A DNA stretch of 32,000 bases from Candidatus Saccharimonadota bacterium (GTDB lineage: Bacteria > Bacteroidota > Bacteroidia > Flavobacteriales > Blattabacteriaceae): positions 180,001 to 212,000 of the forward strand of contig CP100318.1 in assembly GCA_029851085.1 (NCBI GenBank). The letters are read 5' to 3'. The notes under the pieces were generated by a model that saw nothing but the letters and a program-made list of their open reading frames with translations, ran no database searches and had not been told where the DNA came from. Shown piece after piece: positions 9,437 through 17,924 of the stretch. The number at the start of each line of letters is the position of its first letter. The stretch's first letter is position 1. A program made the translations under genes and the position numbers.

Positions 9437-10126
9437 TTATTTATTTTCATTTTTATTAAAAATTGAAAAAAAATAAATAAATTGAAATAATGAACTTAAA
9501 GCTGTTATAACATAAGTCATAGCTGCCCATTTTAATGAATCTTTTATTTTATAAAATTCATTGGTTGTAACTATATTTTCCTTATTTAACCAAATTAAAG
9601 CACGTGTACTAGCATCAAATTCAATAGGTAATGTTATAAATGAAAACATAACAATTAGAAAAAATAATCCTATTCCAATTTTCAAAATTAAACTAAAATT
9701 AGAATTATAATATATATATAATCCTATTATAATAACTAAATTGATATATTGTGAACAAAAATTAATTATAGGAATTAATTTTGAACGTAAAGTAAACATA
9801 CTATAACAAACTTTATGTTGTATAGCATGTCCACATTCATGAGTTGCTATAGCTACCGAAGTAATATTTTTATTATTATAAGTTTCATAACTAAGATTAA
9901 CAGTTTTATATAAAGTATTATAATGATCAATTAATTGTCCATCTATAGGAATGATTTTTATTTCATTTAACCCATAATAATTTAACATTTTTTCTGCAAT
10001 TTCTTTTCCAGTTAAATTAATTTTTAATTCAATTTTTGAATAATTTTTTAATTTAAAATGTAAAATGCAATTAATTATTACTCCTAATAAAAAAAATATT
10101 AATATAATTATATTATATATATTCAT
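9437..10126 (-). CDS. Membrane-anchored zinc metallopeptidase (putative neutral zinc metallopeptidase family)
   Basis: 229 aa with an N-terminal TM segment, the HExxH motif in ATHECGHAIQH, and C-terminal hydrophobic helices, as in the ~230-aa bacterial Zn_peptidase_2-type proteins. Confidence 0.65.
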   Translation of the reverse strand: MNIYNIIILIFFLLGVIINCILHFKLKNYSKIELKINLTGKEIAEKMLNYYGLNEIKIIPIDGQLIDHYNTLYKTVNLSYETYNNKNITSVAIATHECGHAIQHKVCYSMFTLRSKLIPIINFCSQYINLVIIIGLYIYYNSNFSLILKIGIGLFFLIVMFSFITLPIEFDASTRALIWLNKENIVTTNEFYKIKDSLKWAAMTYVITALSSLFQFIYFFSIFNKNENK

Positions 10127-10273
10127 TGTTTGTATTTATTTGAAATAAAATAAATAATTTTTTTTTACAAAGGAAATAATTCCTTTTATTTTTTTAATTT
10201 TATAGTATTATAAATAATTATTAATTTAATTTAGGATTATATTATATTTGGATTAATTATAATTAATTTAATT

Positions 10274-11044
10274 ATGATAAATAATTTTGTTAAAGTTATA
10301 TTATTAACATTTATATTCTATTCAATAGGTTGTATTAATAATATTGTTGTAAATTGTCAACAAAAATACCCATATAATTTAGATATACCTAATGTACCTA
10401 ATGTACCTAATGTACCTATAAAAAAACAAAAATTTGATTTTAAAAGATTCAATTTAGAATATCCTTATATAAAAAAAATTTCTTTTTTAGTTAAAGACAT
10501 GATTGAATCAGAAAAATTGAAAATTAAAAAATTTGAATTTGGAACAAAAAATGGTATTAATATATCTTCAATAATAGGAATTAAAAATAGTCCAATATTT
10601 AATTTTAATAAAGGTTTTTATTTTAAATATTATTTAATAAAATCATTTTTTATAAAACCTGAATTATTACATTCTATAGAAGGAAGTGGTATTAAAATTA
10701 AAGATAGACCTAATCATATTAAATTAACAAATACATATATTAATATTCCTTTAATATTTGGATATACATTTAATAATCCTGGTATTTCTTTTGAATTTGG
10801 TCCTCAATTTAATTTAGGAATTGACATACAGACTATTAAAGGTATAAAAGCATTAAAAGATGTTAATAAATTGGGTCTTAGTCTAGTAGCAGGGACTGAA
10901 TTTGCAATAGGTAAATACATAAAATGTCCTCAATTATCTTTAACAGGACGTTATAATATAGGATTAACTAAAGTTTTTGCTTCTAAAGAAACATTTAATT
11001 GTAATTCAGTATTTAAAGTTGGAATATCTTTAAAATTTTTATAA
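10274..11044 (+). CDS. Outer-membrane beta-barrel protein (PorT/OmpA-like porin family), possible lipoprotein
   Basis: 256 aa with a signal peptide and a lipobox-like SIGC. The second half has an alternating amphipathic beta-strand pattern, and the C-terminus is aromatic-rich (VGISLKFL). Assignment to a specific family is tentative. Confidence 0.5.
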   Translation: MINNFVKVILLTFIFYSIGCINNIVVNCQQKYPYNLDIPNVPNVPNVPIKKQKFDFKRFNLEYPYIKKISFLVKDMIESEKLKIKKFEFGTKNGINISSIIGIKNSPIFNFNKGFYFKYYLIKSFFIKPELLHSIEGSGIKIKDRPNHIKLTNTYINIPLIFGYTFNNPGISFEFGPQFNLGIDIQTIKGIKALKDVNKLGLSLVAGTEFAIGKYIKCPQLSLTGRYNIGLTKVFASKETFNCNSVFKVGISLKFL

Positions 11045-11052
11045 AAAAAAAA

Positions 11053-11080
11053 AGCTATTCTATATAGAATAGCTTTTTTT
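11053..11080 (+). terminator. Rho-independent terminator after the OMP gene
   Basis: Perfect hairpin agctattc-tatata-gaatagct (11053-11073) followed by a T7 run and preceded by an A-run, so it could act in both directions. Confidence 0.7.
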
Positions 11081-11093
11081 ATATATATTCATA

Positions 11094-12464
11094 ATGAATA
11101 AAATAAGAAAATTTTATATAGAAACTTATGGTTGTCAAATGAATGTTTCTGATAGTGAAATAGTAATATCTATTTTAATAAAAGAAAATTTTAAAATTAC
11201 TTTTAATTTTGAAGATGCAGATTTAATTTTTATTAATACTTGTTCAATACGTGAAAAAGCTGAACAAACCATAAAAAAACGTTTACAAAAATTTAATTTA
11301 TTAAAAAAAAAAAAACCTAATCTAATTATTGGAATATTAGGTTGTATGGCTAAAAGACTTAAAGAAAAATTTTTAGAAGAAGAAAAACTTATTAATTTAG
11401 TTATTGGCCCCGATTCTTATAGAGATATTCCAAATCTTATTTCTTCAGTTGAAGATGGAAAAAATGCTGTAAATACAATACTATCTAGAGATGAAACATA
11501 TGCAGATATAAATCCAGTTCATTTTGAAAATAAAATTACAGCTTTTATTACTATAATGAGAGGATGTGATAATATGTGTAGTTTTTGTATAGTTCCTTTT
11601 ACAAGAGGTCGTGAACGAAGTCGTGATCCTGATACTATTATAAAAGAATGTCAATTATTATATAATAAAGGATATAGAGAAATTACTCTTTTAGGACAAA
11701 ATGTTGATTCATATATATGGTATAATGGTAGTGGAATAAAAAGAGATATTTATAAAATGCCTAATATAAATTATAATAATTTAATAGATTTTGCTAAATT
11801 AATTGAATTAATTGCTATATCAGTACCTAATATGCGGATACGTTTTTCTACATCTAATCCACATGATATGTCAAAAAAAGTATTAACAATAATAAAAAAA
11901 TATCCTAATATTTGTAAAAATATTCATTTACCTGTTCAATCAGGAAGTACTAGAATTTTAAAAAAAATGAATCGTAAATATTCTAGAGAAGAATATATTT
12001 ATTTAATTGATCAAATTCGTAATATTATTCCGGAATGTTCAATATCTCATGATATAATTACTGGATTTTGTGGAGAAACTGAACAAGATCATAATGATAC
12101 ATTAAGTTTAATGGAATATGTAAAATATGATTATGGATATATGTTTATATATTCAGTTCGTCCTGGAACAATTGCAGAAAAACATTTTAAGGATGATGTA
12201 ACTATGGATATAAAAAAACGTAGACTTAAAGAAATTATTAATTTACAAAAAAAACATTCATATTTTAGAATGCAACAGTCTATAGGTAAAATCCAAGAAG
12301 TTTTAATAGAAAAAGTATCAAAAAAAGATAAAAATTATTGGTCTGGAAGAAATTCACAAAATGTAACAGTTGTTTTTCCTAAACAAAATTCTAAAATAGG
12401 AACATTTGTTAATGTTAAAATACATAATATTATTTCATCTACTTTAATTGGAAAAATTATTTGA
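11094..12464 (+). CDS. miaB: tRNA-2-methylthio-N6-dimethylallyladenosine synthase (radical SAM methylthiotransferase)
   Basis: 456 aa. The N-terminal UPF0004 region reads FYIETYGCQMNVSDSE, the radical-SAM cluster is CDNMCSFCIVP, and there is a C-terminal TRAM domain. The gene ends in TGA. Confidence 0.92.
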   Translation: MNKIRKFYIETYGCQMNVSDSEIVISILIKENFKITFNFEDADLIFINTCSIREKAEQTIKKRLQKFNLLKKKKPNLIIGILGCMAKRLKEKFLEEEKLINLVIGPDSYRDIPNLISSVEDGKNAVNTILSRDETYADINPVHFENKITAFITIMRGCDNMCSFCIVPFTRGRERSRDPDTIIKECQLLYNKGYREITLLGQNVDSYIWYNGSGIKRDIYKMPNINYNNLIDFAKLIELIAISVPNMRIRFSTSNPHDMSKKVLTIIKKYPNICKNIHLPVQSGSTRILKKMNRKYSREEYIYLIDQIRNIIPECSISHDIITGFCGETEQDHNDTLSLMEYVKYDYGYMFIYSVRPGTIAEKHFKDDVTMDIKKRRLKEIINLQKKHSYFRMQQSIGKIQEVLIEKVSKKDKNYWSGRNSQNVTVVFPKQNSKIGTFVNVKIHNIISSTLIGKII

Positions 12465-12472
12465 TAATTAAA

Positions 12473-13861
12473 ATGGAATCTATTCAAAATATAAAACAAA
12501 GATATGGAATAATTGGCAATGATTATATGTTAAATAAATCGTTGGAAAAAACTATGTTAGTAGCACCTACTGATCTTTCAGTAATGGTAGTAGGAGAAAG
12601 TGGAGTAGGAAAAGAATTCATTCCAAAAATAATTCATCAACTTTCAGCTAGAAAACATAATGTATATATAGCCATTAATTGTGGAGCTATCCCCGAAGGT
12701 ACTATTAATAGTGAATTATTTGGTCATGAAAAAGGTGCATTTACTGGTGCAATTAATTCTAGAAAAGGATATTTTGAAGTAGCAAATGGTGGAACAATTT
12801 TTTTAGATGAAATAGGAGAATTACCATTATCTACACAAATTCGTCTTTTACGTATATTAGAATCAGGTGAATTTATAAAAGTTGGATCATCTAAAGTTCA
12901 AAAAACTAATGTTCGTATAGTAACTGCTACTAATATTAATATGATAGAAGCTATTAATAATAAAAAATTTCGTGAAGATTTATATTATCGTATTAACACT
13001 ATACAAATAGATATTCCACCATTAAGATATAGAAAAGGAGACATAAATATATTATATAAGAAATTTTCTCATGATTTTGCTGAAAAATATAATATAACAC
13101 CAATAAAGCTTACTGAACAAGCTATTAATTATATTGAACAATATAATTGGCCAGGAAATATTAGACAATTACGAAATATTGTTGAACAATTATCAATTTT
13201 AGAAAAAAATAATATTTCATTAGAAATATTAAAAGATTATATTCCTACTAATAATAGTTCTTTAATTCATCTCTCAAATGAAACAAAAAAAAATGATATA
13301 GAAAAACTTTATAATAGTTCTTTAATTCATATCTCAAATGAAACAAAAAAAAATGATATAGAAAAACTTTATAATAGTTCTTTAATTCATATCTCAAATG
13401 AAACAAAAAAAAATGATATAGAAAAACTTTATAATAGTTCTTTAATTCATCTATCAAATGAAACAAAAAAAAATGATATAGAAAAACTTTTATATAAAGC
13501 ATTATTTAATATGCGTAAAGATTTAAATAATCTAAAAATATTATTATTACAATTAATACGAAATAACAATAATGATGCTAATTTTAATAAAAAAAATTCT
13601 AAATTAATAGAAAAAATATTTGGTAATGAAATAGATGAAAAAAGATATCAATTAGAACATAACAATGATTTAGATAATTATCAAGAACCTAATGAATCTC
13701 TTTATCTTAAAAAGAAAGAATTAGAATTTATTTGTAAAGCATTAAAAAAAAATAATGGTAAACGTAAAATTTCTGCTAAAGAATTAGGTATTTCTGAACG
13801 AACTTTATATAGAAAAATAAAAGAATATGGATTAAATAAAAAATTTTTTAATACATATTAA
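12473..13861 (+). CDS. Sigma-54-dependent transcriptional activator (bacterial enhancer-binding protein): AAA+ domain plus Fis-type HTH, with no N-terminal receiver/sensor domain
   Basis: Walker A is GESGVGKE, the sigma-54 contact loop GAFTGA is present, and the arginine-finger region reads REDLYYR. The C-terminal HTH is ISAKELGISERTLYRKIKEYGL. The ORF track starts at TTG 12461, overlapping the miaB stop; I prefer ATG 12473 (MESIQNIKQRYGIIGN), and either start is possible. Confidence 0.88.
   Translation: MESIQNIKQRYGIIGNDYMLNKSLEKTMLVAPTDLSVMVVGESGVGKEFIPKIIHQLSARKHNVYIAINCGAIPEGTINSELFGHEKGAFTGAINSRKGYFEVANGGTIFLDEIGELPLSTQIRLLRILESGEFIKVGSSKVQKTNVRIVTATNINMIEAINNKKFREDLYYRINTIQIDIPPLRYRKGDINILYKKFSHDFAEKYNITPIKLTEQAINYIEQYNWPGNIRQLRNIVEQLSILEKNNISLEILKDYIPTNNSSLIHLSNETKKNDIEKLYNSSLIHISNETKKNDIEKLYNSSLIHISNETKKNDIEKLYNSSLIHLSNETKKNDIEKLLYKALFNMRKDLNNLKILLLQLIRNNNNDANFNKKNSKLIEKIFGNEIDEKRYQLEHNNDLDNYQEPNESLYLKKKELEFICKALKKNNGKRKISAKELGISERTLYRKIKEYGLNKKFFNTY
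13251..13490 (+). repeat. 4 x 60-bp near-identical in-frame tandem repeat inside the sigma-54 activator linker
   Basis: The unit ataatagttctttaattcatctctcaaatgaaacaaaaaaaaatgatatagaaaaacttt occurs at 13251, 13311, 13371 and 13431. Copies differ only within one 4-nt stretch (catctctca / catatctca / catatctca / catctatca). The unit encodes NSSLIH[L/I]SNETKKNDIEKLY x4. Confidence 0.95.
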
Positions 13862-13878
13862 TATTAAATAAAAAATAT

Positions 13879-14112
13879 ATGGGATTATTATATATCATAA
13901 TTATGATTTTATGTTTACTTTTACTTATATTCATTTTAATCCAAAATCCTAAAGAAGGAGGATTTTATCAATCATATTTTCAAAAAAATACAAAACATAT
14001 TTTAGGTGTATCACAGACTAGTTCTGTTATTGAAAAAATAACATGGATATTAGTTATATTAACTACAACATTTATTATAATATATAATCTAGTTATTAGG
14101 TCTAGTTATTAG
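13879..14112 (+). CDS. secG: Preprotein translocase subunit SecG
   Basis: 77 aa with two TM helices and the typical SecG loop LLLLIFILIQNPKEGG. It sits directly upstream of groES. Confidence 0.7.
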   Translation: MGLLYIIIMILCLLLLIFILIQNPKEGGFYQSYFQKNTKHILGVSQTSSVIEKITWILVILTTTFIIIYNLVIRSSY

Positions 14113-14290
14113 GTATTTAGTTATCTTTAGGTATTTAGTTATCTAGTTATTTTATTTATATCTAGTTATATCTAGTAATTTTATTTATATTTAGTTATCT
14201 AGTTATCTAGTTATTTAGTTATCTAGTTATATCTAGTAATTTTATAGATATTTAGTTATCTAGTTATCTAGTTATCTAGTTATTAGTTAT
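14089..14290. repeat. Microsatellite-like array built from tagttatc / ctagttat words, starting inside the secG 3' end
   Basis: ctagttattaggt occurs twice (14089-14114) and spans the secG stop. Runs of (a/t)tttagttatctagttat follow, with a ~62-bp higher-order duplication (about 14158-14220 and 14219-14280). The array is bracketed by the exact 17-mer tattagttatattaact at 14048-14064 (secG coding) and 14281-14297. Confidence 0.9.
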
Positions 14291-14300
14291 ATTAACTTTG

Positions 14301-14319
14301 TAATGACATAATGTCATTA
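14301..14319. promoter_or_regulatory. 19-bp perfect palindrome upstream of groES (candidate operator/UAS, or a weak secG terminator)
   Basis: The sequence is taatgacat-a-atgtcatta, about 90 bp upstream of the groES ATG. The function is unproven. Confidence 0.3.
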
Positions 14320-14408
14320 TAATACATAAAATATTTTTATTTTATTAAATGGCATATTTTTGGATATGTTATTTGTTAAAAACAGGTTAATATATAAAAA
14401 ATATTATT

Positions 14409-14687
14409 ATGACAAAATTAAATATTAGACCTTTAGCAGATCGTGTAGTAATAGAACCTGCTCCTGCAGAAACTAAAACTGCTTCAGGTATTTTTATTCC
14501 TGATACAGCTAAAGAAAAACCTCAAAGAGGTAAAGTAATAGCTTTGGGACCTGGAAAAAAAGATGAACCTATGACTGTAACAGTAGGTACTAATGTCTTA
14601 TATGGAAAATATTCAGGAACTGAATTAAAGTGGGAAGGAAAAAACTATCTAATTATGCGTGAGTCTGATATTATGGCAATTATTTAA
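14409..14687 (+). CDS. groES: Co-chaperonin GroES
   Basis: 92 aa beginning [38 protein letters not shown]..., immediately upstream of groEL. Confidence 0.97.
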   Translation: MTKLNIRPLADRVVIEPAPAETKTASGIFIPDTAKEKPQRGKVIALGPGKKDEPMTVTVGTNVLYGKYSGTELKWEGKNYLIMRESDIMAII

Positions 14688-14694
14688 TAAATAA

Positions 14695-16347
<1,653 letters not shown>

Positions 16348-16368
16348 AATAAATAAATAATTAAAAAA

Positions 16369-16396
16369 ATAGGAACTGCATAGTTCCTATTTTTTT
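16369..16396 (+). terminator. Rho-independent terminator of groESL
   Basis: 9-bp stem ataggaact / agttcctat with loop gcat (16369-16390), followed by T6. Confidence 0.75.
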
Positions 16397-16422
16397 AGAA
16401 TATGAAAAAAAATTAAAAATAT

Positions 16423-17688
16423 ATGAATATTCCATACATAACATCTTTAAAAAGAGTAGTTATAATTGGTGCTGGATTTGGTGGATTACAAATAGCTAAA
16501 AGACTTAATAGAAATTATTTTCAAGTGGTACTTTTAGATAAAAACAATTATCATACTTTTCAACCACTTTTATATCAAGTTGCTACAGCTGTATTAGAAC
16601 CTGATTCTATTGCTTATTCTATAAGAAATATTATAAAATATAATAATAATTTTTACTTTAGAGTAGCTAAAGTATATAATATTGATCCTAATCAAAACAA
16701 AATATATTCTAATATTGGTAATATTAATTATGATTATTTAATCATTGCTACAGGTTCTACCACTAATTTTTTTTGTCAAAAAAATATTGAATCATTATCA
16801 TTAACTATGAAATCTATACAGGACTCTTTAGATTTACGTAATTTAATATTCCAAAATTTTGAAACCGCTATCATTACAAATGATGTAAATAAACGTAAAC
16901 TACTTATGACTTTTGTCATTGTGGGAGGTGGTGCTACTGGAGTAGAATTATCAGGATCTTTAGCGGAGATTAAAAATTATGTATTACCACGTGATTATCC
17001 AGATATCGATGTTAATGATATGAATATATATTTAATTCAAGCTTCTAATAAAATATTAGAGTGTATGTCTCAAAAATCTTCTGAACAAGCATTAAAAGAT
17101 TTAAAAGAATTAGGGGTTAATATTTGGTTAAATTCAGTTGTAACTGATTATGATGGTAAAATTGTTAATATAATTAACAATAATATCAATAAACAAATAA
17201 AATCTGCTAATGTAATATGGGCAGCAGGAGTAAAAGGAGCATTAATAGATGGATTAGATAAATTAGTAATAGAACATGGAAGATTTTTAGTAGATAATTA
17301 TAATCGTATAAAAAAATACGAAAATATTTTTGCTATAGGTGACGTAGCTATGATTAAAGATGAAAAATATCCTAAAGGTCATCCTATGACAGTACAACCA
17401 GCTATACAACAAGGTATTAGATTAGCAAAAAATTTAAATAATATGATTGTTGGAAAAAAAATGAAGCATTTTCATTATGTTAATATGGGATATATGGCAA
17501 TTATTGGAAGAAATAAAGCCGTATGTGATTTTCCGTTAAAATTAAGGTTTAAAGGATTTATAGCTTGGTTAATATGGATGTTTATACATCTAATTAATTT
17601 ATATGGATTTCGTAATAAAATTATTACTTTAATAAATTGGATGCTGCAATATTATAACAAAAGCATAAAATTAATAATACGTAAATAA
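16423..17688 (+). CDS. ndh: Type II NADH:quinone oxidoreductase (NDH-2)
   Basis: 421 aa with two Rossmann dinucleotide motifs (VVIIGAGFGGL and FVIVGGGATGVE) and the typical AIGDVA motif. Confidence 0.85.
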   Translation: MNIPYITSLKRVVIIGAGFGGLQIAKRLNRNYFQVVLLDKNNYHTFQPLLYQVATAVLEPDSIAYSIRNIIKYNNNFYFRVAKVYNIDPNQNKIYSNIGNINYDYLIIATGSTTNFFCQKNIESLSLTMKSIQDSLDLRNLIFQNFETAIITNDVNKRKLLMTFVIVGGGATGVELSGSLAEIKNYVLPRDYPDIDVNDMNIYLIQASNKILECMSQKSSEQALKDLKELGVNIWLNSVVTDYDGKIVNIINNNINKQIKSANVIWAAGVKGALIDGLDKLVIEHGRFLVDNYNRIKKYENIFAIGDVAMIKDEKYPKGHPMTVQPAIQQGIRLAKNLNNMIVGKKMKHFHYVNMGYMAIIGRNKAVCDFPLKLRFKGFIAWLIWMFIHLINLYGFRNKIITLINWMLQYYNKSIKLIIRK

Positions 17689-17706
17689 AATACATTTATT
17701 AAGTAG

Positions 17707-17794
17707 TACCCAAGGCGGGAATTGAACCCGCATGGCCAAATAATGGCCACAAGATTTTGAGTCTTGCATGTCTACCTAATTCCATCACTCGGGC
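17707..17794 (-). tRNA. tRNA-Leu (anticodon CAA), class II with a long variable arm
   Basis: I folded the reverse complement by hand. The acceptor GCCCGAG pairs with CTTGGGT (two G-U pairs), and the anticodon stem CAAGA/TCTTG carries the loop CTCAAAA. The variable arm is TGGCCA-TTATT-TGGCCA and the T-arm is GCGGG-TTCAATT-CCCGC. Length is 88 nt, and no CCA is encoded. Confidence 0.9.
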
Positions 17795-17803
17795 TATTTA
17801 TTG

Positions 17804-17877
17804 AGCGAGAAACGGGATTCGAACCCGCGACCCCGACTTTGGCAAAGTCGTGCTCTACCAAACTGAGCTATTCTCGC
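17804..17877 (-). tRNA. tRNA-Gly (anticodon GCC)
   Basis: The reverse complement is GCGAGAATAGCTCAGTTTGGTAGAGCACGACTTTGCCAAAGTCGGGGTCGCGGGTTCGAATCCCGTTTCTCGCT. The acceptor is GCGAGAA/TTCTCGC, the anticodon loop is TTGCCAA, and the discriminator is U. Length is 74 nt. Confidence 0.92.
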
Positions 17878-17924
17878 CTATTAATAATTATTATATAATT
17901 TTTTTTTATTTAATTTTACACATT

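Noticed and set aside
10169-10186. Terminator-like hairpin aaaggaa-ataa-ttccttt flanked by T/A runs, in the divergent promoter region between the metallopeptidase and OMP genes
   Set aside because: No gene ends here because both neighbours start here, so it cannot be called a terminator. It could be a scar of a lost gene or chance in AT-rich DNA. The evidence is too weak to list as a feature.
11303-11314. A12 homopolymer inside miaB (encodes KKKK) as a possible frameshift or transcriptional-slippage site
   Set aside because: The reading frame is intact through the tract, and the downstream sequence is clearly MiaB. There is no evidence of a frameshift in this sequence.
12461-12472. TTG start at 12461 for the sigma-54 activator (as in the ORF track)
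   Set aside because: It is possible, with a 4-bp overlap on the miaB stop. However, an ATG lies four codons downstream (12473) and nothing conserved is lost, so I list ATG as the more likely start. This is unresolved without comparative data.
13248-13502. 84-aa minus-strand ORF with an internal repeat (KVFLYHFFLFHLR...)
   Set aside because: It is the antisense shadow of the 4 x 60-bp repeat inside the sigma-54 activator. It is open only because the repeat unit happens to lack stops in that frame, and it has no independent coding evidence.
14290-14408. CIRCE (HrcA) operator upstream of groES
   Set aside because: There is no match to TTAGCACTC-N9-GAGTGCTAA. The only palindrome present (taatgacataatgtcatta) has a different sequence and spacing.
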